Positions 40,299 through 48,815 of a stretch of 60,116 nt of DNA are shown here, piece after piece. Below the pieces are notes generated by a model, which worked only from the letters and a program-made list of their open reading frames with translations, was not told the origin of the DNA and made no database searches. The position numbers and the translations under genes are program-made. The stretch is taken from contig CAVCBH010000122.1 in the NCBI GenBank assembly GCA_963600375.1, forward strand, positions 1-60,116, read 5' to 3'. How positions within the stretch are numbered: the stretch's first letter is position 1; each line of letters begins with the position of its first letter. The DNA comes from a bacterium. Its GTDB lineage: Bacteria; Bacillota; Clostridia; Lachnospirales; Lachnospiraceae.

Positions 40299-41252
40299 AT
40301 GTCATTTTCTTCTGAAGTAAAAGAAGAACTTTCTCATGTGGACGGTCACGAAAAGCATTGCCAGGTTGCAGAACTTGCTGCGATCATCGGTTTATGTGGA
40401 AGACTTCAATGTGAAGAGGGAAGATATTCCCTGATTCTTCACACGGAAAATGTTGCGGTAGCCAGAAGATTTTATTCGCTGATTAAGGAAGTATTTCATT
40501 TTCAGCCGGAAGTCTCTACGACACAACATGATTTTTTGAAGAAAAATCGTTTTTATATGATTTCAATAAAAGATTCGAATCAGGCGCTTAAGATTTTAAA
40601 GACAGTACAGCTTGTAAATAATCTTGGACAGATGAATGAGGAATTTTCTGTGAAAGATAATCCAGTGCTGCAGCGTACCTGTTGTCGCCGGGCTTTCCTT
40701 CGGGGCGCTTTTCTTTCAGCCGGTTCTATTACAGATCCGGAAAAGAATTATCATTTTGAAATTGCCTGTCTTTCAGGAGAAAAGGCAGATCAGTTAAAAG
40801 AATTATTTGAATCTTTTGGATTAGAAGCAAAGATTGTACTGCGGAAGAAATATTACGTAGTCTACCTTAAAGAGGGAGCTATGATTTCAGACGCATTGAA
40901 CATAATGGAAGCACATGTTGCTCTGATGAAGTTTGAGAATGTGCGCATTTTAAAAGATGTGCGTAATTCTGTTAATCGAAGAGTGAATTGCGAAGCAGCG
41001 AACATAAATAAGACCGTTTCTGCGGCAAGGAAACAAATCGAAGATATTGAATATATAAAGAATACAGTTGGATTAGAACGACTGTCAGAGAATCTTCGTG
41101 ATATTGCCTATGCAAGATTAGAAGAACCGGATGCTTCATTAAAAGAACTTGGCGAGAAGCTAAGTTCCCCAGTTGGAAAGTCCGGTGTAAACCACAGGTT
41201 GAGAAAGCTGAGTCAGATAGCTCAGGATATTAGAGAAAAAGGGCATTTGTAA
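40299..41252 (+). CDS. whiA: WhiA DNA-binding protein
   Basis: MSFSSEVKEEL, AFLRGAFL..GS..DP..YHFE, NR.VNCE.AN, KSGVNHRLRK. Confidence 0.96.
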   Translation: MSFSSEVKEELSHVDGHEKHCQVAELAAIIGLCGRLQCEEGRYSLILHTENVAVARRFYSLIKEVFHFQPEVSTTQHDFLKKNRFYMISIKDSNQALKILKTVQLVNNLGQMNEEFSVKDNPVLQRTCCRRAFLRGAFLSAGSITDPEKNYHFEIACLSGEKADQLKELFESFGLEAKIVLRKKYYVVYLKEGAMISDALNIMEAHVALMKFENVRILKDVRNSVNRRVNCEAANINKTVSAARKQIEDIEYIKNTVGLERLSENLRDIAYARLEEPDASLKELGEKLSSPVGKSGVNHRLRKLSQIAQDIREKGHL

Positions 41253-41327
41253 TTTTTTTCAGTATTTGCTTCGGCAAAGCTGAAAATACTAAGATAAATT
41301 TCATTTATAGCAAAACAGGAGGTTAAC

Positions 41328-41585
41328 ATGATTTCAAAAGAGATGGAGATTAAGATCCCTGCGGGATTAGATCCAAGCACCATTGCGTTATTCATTCAGA
41401 TTGCGAGTCAGTACGACAGCAGTGTATATGTGGAGGTGAAGGACAAAAAGGTGAATGCTAAGAGTATAATGGGTATGATGACTTTAGGTGTTCCAGCCGG
41501 TGGAAAGATTAACGTGATTGCCGATGGCAGTGACGAGACAAATGCGATTGAACATATAGGTAAGTATTTAAATAACAAGGAATAG
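41328..41585 (+). CDS. HPr-family protein lacking His15 (Crh-like)
   Basis: VNAKSIMG with Ser46 intact; GLDPSTIA replaces GLHARPA. Confidence 0.88.
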   Translation: MISKEMEIKIPAGLDPSTIALFIQIASQYDSSVYVEVKDKKVNAKSIMGMMTLGVPAGGKINVIADGSDETNAIEHIGKYLNNKE

Positions 41586-41606
41586 ATTAAACACGGGGGT
41601 TATCGA

Positions 41607-41741
41607 CAGATGACCCCATAAAGACAAAGAATCCATAGTTGTGACTTTCGTTGCGGCAGGTTGAATGCTCGCTTACGCGTTCGTATCCAACCTTTGCTTC
41701 CAGGTTACAAATATGGATTCTTTGTCTTTATGTGGTCTGTT
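41607..41741 (+). repeat. Family A palindromic repeat, copy A7
   Basis: CAGATGACCCCATAAAGACAAAGAATCCATAGTTGTGAC ... GTTACAAATATGGATTCTTTGTCTTTATGTGGTCTGTT. Confidence 0.9.
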
Positions 41742-41783
41742 TGTTTTCGTTTATTTAGACAGCTAATGACTGATCCGGACAGT

Positions 41784-42617
41784 TTATTGTAGTGGACGGA
41801 GCCCATAGTAACCGTAGATGAGTCGTTCGTCAAATGAGGTTAGGGTCCATTTTCCGTCTTTGATTCCGAATACGATTTTCCCGGTTGTTGTTCTGGTTGG
41901 TCCGTTTTTCTTTGTTTCTTTGTACCAGTTCTTTAAGTTCTTAGATATATCAATCTTTTCGATGGTTGTCTGGTCACTGCCTCCTAAGAGGGAGGAGATA
42001 GAGTTCTTTATGGAGGTCCATAAGGAGGAGCTTCCATCGGTGATTTCTGATTTTATTTCATCATAAATGGTTCCTGGCAGGCTGTAGAAGTCAATATTTT
42101 TTGTGGTGACTGTTACAGTACAGGAGTTATAGGTAGCGGAGACATCTGTGATTTTGTAGGATGCCTGATCGACCATCTCATTACATAAGGTATCGACATC
42201 GATGCTGTCAACATCTACGAGAGAGCCGAGTTCGCTGTCGCTGATATAGGTTTTTAACTGCTTTTTAACGAGTTCTCTGACATTTGGTTCTGACTTTAAT
42301 GGTTCTGGTAAGTCAGAAGGTGCAACGTCGGAGAAGTCCATATTTTTTGCATAAGTAAAGATTTTCTTTGTTGCGTCCCGGCATCCCTGTCTGACGCGGG
42401 AAAGGTAGTAAAAATATCCTCCGATTCCACCTGCGATAAGGCAGCAGATAAGGATTGTTGCAATTATGGGTGTAAAGCTCTTTCCCTTTGTGCTATGTTC
42501 TGGCAGGTTACTATCCGACGACACTGGATTATAAACTGCGTTACTTAAAGGGGCATGACATTTCTTACATATCTTTTCATTATCTGTATAATATGTGCCA
42601 CAGTTTGGACAATTCAT
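41784..42617 (-). CDS. zinc-ribbon, single-TM membrane protein
   Basis: N-terminal CPNCG...CKKC, hydrophobic segment IIATILICCLIAGGIGGYFYY; AAAGGAGG RBS at the corrected start. Confidence 0.85.
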   Translation of the reverse strand: MNCPNCGTYYTDNEKICKKCHAPLSNAVYNPVSSDSNLPEHSTKGKSFTPIIATILICCLIAGGIGGYFYYLSRVRQGCRDATKKIFTYAKNMDFSDVAPSDLPEPLKSEPNVRELVKKQLKTYISDSELGSLVDVDSIDVDTLCNEMVDQASYKITDVSATYNSCTVTVTTKNIDFYSLPGTIYDEIKSEITDGSSSLWTSIKNSISSLLGGSDQTTIEKIDISKNLKNWYKETKKNGPTRTTTGKIVFGIKDGKWTLTSFDERLIYGYYGLRPLQ

Positions 42618-42731
42618 AAGCAGTCCTCCTTTTATAATAAATGGAAAATATAGTGTATGTCTTATTTTTGCATTTAAAAGTATATGTGCTTTTTTTCTGT
42701 GTGTCAAGATAAGACATTTTTCGATTTTTGC

Positions 42732-42830
42732 CAGAGTGTATTTGATAAAACATTTCTGTAATCTGCATGCCTCAATTTGCGGTATATTTTGCTGTAAGAT
42801 ACATATTGCTGGAATAATTTCTCAAATCCA
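42732..42830 (+). mobile_element. Family B MITE, internally deleted and degenerate
   Basis: CAGAGTGTATTTGATAAAACATTTCTGTAATCTGCATGCCTCAATTTGCGGTATATTTTGC matches the family B left half. Confidence 0.72.
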
Positions 42831-42928
42831 TGTCGGTATTGATAGACAAAAATTGTCGAAAAAGTTACAATAATAGCAAGTGTCGATTACGATATCAATC
42901 ACTATATTTTGAGGCAGGAGGACATAAT

Positions 42929-43897
42929 GTGAGAGGAAAAAAAGCAGTGGTATGTGTTGGATATGCGATTGTCGCAGCCTTTTTTGTGATAAGTGTTTTG
43001 CTTTTGTTTTCAAGTAGAAATAAGAATGAAAGCGGCAAGCCGAAAAGGACCATTGGTGCATTGTATATGACGATGAATAACCCATATTTTGAAGTGATTA
43101 ATGAGGAAATAAGGGCGGTTGTAGAAAGTAAAGGTGATGTGCTTGAAACGAGAGACTGTGGGATGGATGCTAAAATGCAGTCGCAGCAGGTAGAAAGTCT
43201 TATTGATGAAAAGGTGGACTGCATTTTGATTAATGCGGTGGACTGGAAAAAGATAGGTTCATCTTTAAAGAAGGCAAAAGCGGCTAAGATTCCGGTAATC
43301 GCAGTAGATACGATTATATACAATCAAAGTCTTGTGGACGGGATAGTTGTTTCAAATAATTATCAGGCTGGTGAGCAGTGTGCAAAGGATTTGATGAAGC
43401 GAAGGAAAAAGGGACGAATTCTGTTTTTGGTTCAGTCGGAAAATAAATCGGCAATCGACAGAATTAAAGGATTTAAAGAGACACTGGAAAAGGCAAACTG
43501 GGAATATGAGAATGTTGGAGAGTTAGAGTGTAAAGGGCAGCTTGAAGTTTCACAGCCGTTAGTGGAGAAAGTATTGAATAAAACGAAAGATATCGATGTG
43601 GTGATGGCGTTAAATGATCCGAGTGCGATGGGAGCGATGGCGGCTTTGGATGCGGAACATATGTTGTCGGATGTTCTTGTATATGGAGCAGATGGTTCAC
43701 CGGAAGCAAAGACGATGATTTATGAAAATCGGATGACGGCAACTTCAGCACAGTCACCGAGAACGACAGGAAAGAAGACGGTGGAAATGCTCTACAAGAT
43801 TCTTGATGGAAAGAAAACAGAGAAGCAGTTTATCGTTCCGGTCACACTTATCACAAAAGATAATATTGATGATTACAGTCTGTCAGGCTGGCAGTAA
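42929..43897 (+). CDS. RbsB-like sugar-binding protein, N-terminally anchored
   Basis: MNNPYF, IPVIAVD, SNNYQAG, R.KGF, NDPSAMGA, GADGS; GTG start with AGGAGG RBS. Confidence 0.9.
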   Translation: MRGKKAVVCVGYAIVAAFFVISVLLLFSSRNKNESGKPKRTIGALYMTMNNPYFEVINEEIRAVVESKGDVLETRDCGMDAKMQSQQVESLIDEKVDCILINAVDWKKIGSSLKKAKAAKIPVIAVDTIIYNQSLVDGIVVSNNYQAGEQCAKDLMKRRKKGRILFLVQSENKSAIDRIKGFKETLEKANWEYENVGELECKGQLEVSQPLVEKVLNKTKDIDVVMALNDPSAMGAMAALDAEHMLSDVLVYGADGSPEAKTMIYENRMTATSAQSPRTTGKKTVEMLYKILDGKKTEKQFIVPVTLITKDNIDDYSLSGWQ

Positions 43898-43913
43898 GAG
43901 AAGGAGCGATGAA

Positions 43914-45293
43914 ATGGAAATAAGAAAAAATTTAAAATATCAGAATCATTGCTTCATGATGATGGTGCTGCTTAATTTCATTATTGTTATTTTTCTTGCA
44001 CTTACCATTGTACTGACACAGTATCGTGTAGCTGCAGCACAGGGAGCACAGAAGTTTATTGAGACTTTAAAAGTGATGCCGGAAAGACCAGAGCAGAGAA
44101 TTATTATGATATTCTTTTCTTTGTTTTTTCTTTTTGGAATTATTTATTATAAGAGAAAGAATGAAGCGGAAGGAAAAGAGAAAGTTTTATTATGGAATGT
44201 ATTCGAAATTATCTTTCTGATTTTTGTATTGAAAGAGTTAGATATGTCGTATAATGGTGTGATTTTCCTTGTGGTGGCAGATATGCTTACATATGTGGAA
44301 GATCGAAAAAATAAACTGATATTTTTGTTTATTGCATTCCTTTGTTATATGGTATGCAGTTATAATCTTATCACGATGTTTATTCCACTGAATTCCTTTG
44401 AGACCTGGGTTGCATTTTATGATGGAGAGACAGAGCGGGTTTTCCTTGGAGTGAAGACCATTTGTGAAATCACAAATATGGTTTTATTTTTAGTCTACAT
44501 CGTCATTCTCATGATGAAAGATCGGAGAGAACGAGAGAGAATTAAGCTGTTAAATGAACAGTTACAACGAGCAAATGAACAGCTCCATGAGTTTGCACAG
44601 GAAAAGGAACTGATGGGTGAGACGAAAGAGAGAAATCGTCTTGCAAGAGAAATTCATGATACGTTGGGACATATCCTTACCGGTATATCAGTAGGAATTG
44701 ATGCGGTACTTGTTCTTATGGATATCGCACCGGATAAGGCAAAGGAACAGCTTGAAGGAATTGGCGATACCGCAAGAAGGGGTCTTGAGGATGTACGCCG
44801 TTCGGTAAGGAAGTTAAAGCCGGATGCGTTGGAGCGAATGTCACTCAGTAATGCGATTCACCAGATGATAGAGGATATGTCAAAGGTCACAAATACGAAG
44901 ATTTACTTTGTCTCTTATATGGAAGAACTGAAGTTTGAGTCAGATGAGGAAGAGGTCATCTACCGTATTATTCAGGAAAGTACGACCAATGCCATTCGCC
45001 ATGGAAAGGCAACAGAAATCTGGATTCGTCTCAGTGAAAAAGATGAGGAGTTAACAATTATCATCAGTGACAATGGATGTGGCTGTGAATCAATAAAAGA
45101 AGGTTTTGGCTTAAAACATATAAGAGAAAGAGTTGAACTGTTAAATGGTGAAGTAAATTACCAGGGCATGATCGGCTTTACGATAATAGCAAAGATACCG
45201 GTTCGAAATAAACTGACCGGAAAGCAGGATGGAAATGAATCGAATATTGTCGAAGAGAGTGTAAGCAACAGAAAAGACCATCAGACAGAGTAG
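43914..45293 (+). CDS. membrane sensor histidine kinase (HisKA_3)
   Basis: multiple TMs, ERNRLAREIHDTLGH, QES.TNAIRHG, DNGCG, GFGL. Confidence 0.95.
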   Translation: MEIRKNLKYQNHCFMMMVLLNFIIVIFLALTIVLTQYRVAAAQGAQKFIETLKVMPERPEQRIIMIFFSLFFLFGIIYYKRKNEAEGKEKVLLWNVFEIIFLIFVLKELDMSYNGVIFLVVADMLTYVEDRKNKLIFLFIAFLCYMVCSYNLITMFIPLNSFETWVAFYDGETERVFLGVKTICEITNMVLFLVYIVILMMKDRRERERIKLLNEQLQRANEQLHEFAQEKELMGETKERNRLAREIHDTLGHILTGISVGIDAVLVLMDIAPDKAKEQLEGIGDTARRGLEDVRRSVRKLKPDALERMSLSNAIHQMIEDMSKVTNTKIYFVSYMEELKFESDEEEVIYRIIQESTTNAIRHGKATEIWIRLSEKDEELTIIISDNGCGCESIKEGFGLKHIRERVELLNGEVNYQGMIGFTIIAKIPVRNKLTGKQDGNESNIVEESVSNRKDHQTE

Positions 45294-45356
45294 AAGTATA
45301 GTATTTTGAAACACATCGAAGAAAATAAATATAATAAAAAGCAAGAGGAAAAGAAA

Positions 45357-46028
45357 ATGATTAAAGTATTAATTGCAGATGATCAGGAATTGATTCGTGA
45401 GAGCCTGAAAATTGTTCTCGGCGCAAACGAAGATATGGAAGTAACCGGAACTGCCGAGAATGGAGAACAGGTTCTTTCCGAAATAAAAAAGGAGAAACCG
45501 AATGTAATCTTAATGGATATCCGTATGCCGGGAATTGACGGTGTGGAGTGTACTCGCATGGTCAAAGAAAAATATCCGGATATTTATATTATTGTTCTTA
45601 CAACATTTGATGATGATGAGTATATTTTTGGAGCATTAAAATATGGCGCAAGTGGTTATCTCTTAAAAGGAATTTCCATGAAAAATCTTGCAGAGGCAAT
45701 TCGGACTGTTGTAAGTGGAAAGGCAATGATTAATCCGGAGATTACAGATAAAGTAGTAAAGCTTTTTAATCATATGGCACAGAGCAGTTATGCTATTCAG
45801 GTAGATAACAAACTTACAGAAGAATTAACCAAAACAGAATGGAAAGTGATTCAGAAAATCGGCTGTGGTATGTCGAATAAGGAGATTGCGTCAGAGCTGG
45901 CACTGTCAGAAGGAACGGTGCGGAATTACCTGAGTTCTGTTCTTAGTAAGCTTGAACTCAGGGACAGAACTCAGCTTGCGATATGGGCAGTGCAGACTGG
46001 AGCTGTGAACAGATATATAGGGGAATAA
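45357..46028 (+). CDS. NarL/LuxR-family response regulator
   Basis: IADDQ, LMDIRMP, LTTFDD, GYLLK, SNKEIA.EL.LSEGTVRNY. Confidence 0.96.
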   Translation: MIKVLIADDQELIRESLKIVLGANEDMEVTGTAENGEQVLSEIKKEKPNVILMDIRMPGIDGVECTRMVKEKYPDIYIIVLTTFDDDEYIFGALKYGASGYLLKGISMKNLAEAIRTVVSGKAMINPEITDKVVKLFNHMAQSSYAIQVDNKLTEELTKTEWKVIQKIGCGMSNKEIASELALSEGTVRNYLSSVLSKLELRDRTQLAIWAVQTGAVNRYIGE

Positions 46029-46218
46029 AAAATATATAGTAATGCGTGATAATATACGAACAATAATGGATAACCTGGTAAGGTAAAAAATATTCATAAA
46101 CATATCTAATAAAATGAATATGTTTAACAAGATGGATTTAAATATGTATTTTTAAAATCTCTTGTATTTGTTTGGATAAATAGCTTTCGATAATACATTA
46201 AATATTTGAGGAGAAATA

Positions 46219-47531
46219 ATGGGAGATATAAAACTAAGAAAGGGAACAGGACTTCTTTTTATAATGGCAGTTCTTTTTATCAGTAGTCTGCTGTACCTGC
46301 GTTACCGGGATCAGGATACCCTTCGAGTCGGGATTTTCTATGGAAGTAACTGGGAAGTCCCGGGAACAGTGCATTATGATATTCTTGATGAGGCGATAAA
46401 GAAGTTTGAATCGAAATACCCCAATATAAAAGTAGAGTATGAAAAAGGGATTCTTTCGGATGATTATTCGGAGTGGCTGTCCGAACAGATTTTAAAGGGA
46501 ACAGAACCGGATGTATATCTGGTATTGGATGAAGATTTTAATACGCTGGCATCCCTTGGTGCATTGAAGAATTTGGATACATTAGTTAGTGGGGATAAGG
46601 AATTTGATTCCTCTGTATTTTATTCTTCTGTCTATAAAGCCGGGCAGTATGGGAGCAGTCAGTATGCACTTCCGATGGAGTGTAATCCGACCCTGATGTT
46701 TGTAAACAAAACACTTCTGCAAAAGAAGGAATTAAAGTACCGGATAACGACTGGACCTGGGATGACTTTTATGACATCTGCAAAAAAATAGTAAAGGATT
46801 CGGATAGGGATGGGCAGTTAGATCAGTTTGGATTTTATGACTATACATGGCTTCAGGCAGTCTATTCCAATGGAATCACGCCTTTTAATAAAGCAGGAAC
46901 AGCATCGAATTTTTTAGATGAAAAGTTTTCACAGTCACTTGAATTTGTAGAACGTCTGGAAGCAACGAATCGAAACTATCAGGTCACATCTAATGATTTC
47001 GATTTAGGGAGAGTGGCATTTCGTCCTTTTACATTCTCTGATTACCGAACCTATATGCCATATCCGTGGAGGATTAAGAAGTACTCTGGTTTTGAGTGGA
47101 CCTGCATCAGGATGCCAGCCGGTCCATCGGGGGATAATCGCTCGGAAATGAGCGCGCTTATGGCAGGGATGAGTTCAAGAACAGGGAAGAAACAACTCGC
47201 ATGGGATTTTATGAAGTTGTTGACAACAGATACAGATATTCAAAGTCTTATATATAAAGATACTTCCGCAGCATCCGTATTAAAGTCAGTGAATACTTCA
47301 CAGGATACGATGGATTTGTTGAATAAAGATACCCCGGGGGATAGCATAATAGATATGTCCCTTCTTGACACGGTAATTGATACCGGAGTAATCCCAAATC
47401 GTTTTAAAGATTATGAAGAAGCCTATGAAAAAACAGATACTCTTATTAAAAGTTATGTAGATGAGGAGGATGACAGCAGCACATTTTTATTCCAAATGAA
47501 GAATCAAATTGACGAAATTCTAAAAAAGTGA
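46219..47531 (+). pseudogene. extracellular solute-binding protein (family 1), frameshifted
   Basis: ORFs 46219-46791 and 47013-47531 join into one SBP if one A is added to the A4 run at 46721-46724 (LLQKEGIKVPDNDWTWDDF...). Confidence 0.88.
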
Positions 47532-47615
47532 CAAATGTCACATGAAAATATGACAAATTCAAATTGATAGCAATGACATTCGTTAGATGTATAAAAATCA
47601 GCGTTTTGTTATACT
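47528..47615 (+). promoter_or_regulatory. fruK promoter with three TGACA-type regulator sites
   Basis: GTGACAAATGTCAC (47528-47541), ATGACAAATTCA (47550), ATGACATTCGTTA (47573); extended -10 TGTTATACT at 47607-47615 with poor -35. Confidence 0.6.
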
Positions 47616-47738
47616 TTAATCACAAACAAAGCAAGCCAAAACTACAAAATGTATTTCTGGAGTCTCCCCTGTAGAATCAGGTACTAAAGATTCCGAAAGT
47701 ACATTGAAAAAGGGAAATTAAAGGAGGGAACGAAAGCA

Positions 47739-48647
47739 ATGATTTATACGGTAACTTTTAATCCGGCATTAGATTATGTAGTATTCCTTGATGACCTCAA
47801 ATTAGGAGATGTCAATCGTTCTACAAGAGAATCCATTTTCTATGGTGGAAAGGGAATTAACGTATCTACAATTTTGAATACTCTCGGTCTTGAAACAACT
47901 GCTCTTGGTTTTGTTGCCGGCTTTACAGGAAAGGCAATCGAAGATGGATTAGCAGCACAGGGAATCCACACAGATTTCATTCATCTTCCAGAAGGCAATT
48001 CCAGAATTAATGTGAAAGTAAAACATGGCGATGAGACAGAAATCAACGGACAGGGACCAGTAATTACAGAAGAGGCAATCAATGAACTTTTTGCAAAACT
48101 TGATACTCTTACGAAAGAGGACATTCTTGTATTAGCAGGAAGTATTCCAAACACATTACCGGAAGACATTTATGAGAAGATTCTTGCAAGACTTGAATCC
48201 AAAGGAATCCGCGTAGTTGTGGATGCGACAAAAGACTTACTTCTTAATGTTTTAAAATATCATCCGTTCTTAATTAAGCCAAATAACCACGAACTTGGGG
48301 AAATGTTCGGAACAGTATGTAAAACAGATGAGGATATCGTATATTACGCAAAGAAGCTTCAGGAAATGGGAGCTGTGAATGTATTGATTTCCATGGCTGG
48401 AGACGGAGCCATTCTTATCACAGAAGATGACCAGAACATTAAGATGGGAACACCGAAGGGCAAAGTAGTAAACTCCGTTGGCGCAGGAGATTCTATGGTG
48501 GCAGGATTTGTCGCAGGATATCTTCGTGGTGGAAATTACGAAGAAGCATTAAAGAGCGGTACAGCCGCAGGAAGCGCAACCGCATTTTCCGAGGGACTTG
48601 CATCTCTGGAAATGTATGAAAAGATGCTGAAACAGATTAGTGAATAA
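47739..48647 (+). CDS. fruK: 1-phosphofructokinase (PfkB family)
   Basis: MIYTVTFNPALDY, GGKGINVS, IKPN..EL, NSVGAGDS; adjacent to a fructose PTS gene. Confidence 0.94.
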   Translation: MIYTVTFNPALDYVVFLDDLKLGDVNRSTRESIFYGGKGINVSTILNTLGLETTALGFVAGFTGKAIEDGLAAQGIHTDFIHLPEGNSRINVKVKHGDETEINGQGPVITEEAINELFAKLDTLTKEDILVLAGSIPNTLPEDIYEKILARLESKGIRVVVDATKDLLLNVLKYHPFLIKPNNHELGEMFGTVCKTDEDIVYYAKKLQEMGAVNVLISMAGDGAILITEDDQNIKMGTPKGKVVNSVGAGDSMVAGFVAGYLRGGNYEEALKSGTAAGSATAFSEGLASLEMYEKMLKQISE

Positions 48648-48815
48648 AGTTTTAAAATGCTGAATCAAATCAGCGAATATGCTTTGAATTTATTAGAAAG
48701 ATCCTGTTATCATTTTATATTCAAAAAGTTGAATGTGATAGAAATTGAAGTTGGATGGAACAGGAACTTGAGATAAAACAAAAACCGATTTGAATTTTTT
48801 AGAGAGGAAAAAATT

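Noticed and set aside
46721..46724. Programmed ribosomal frameshift in the SBP gene
   Set aside because: No canonical X XXY YYZ slippery heptamer or stimulatory structure recognised; a simple deletion or sequencing error is more parsimonious
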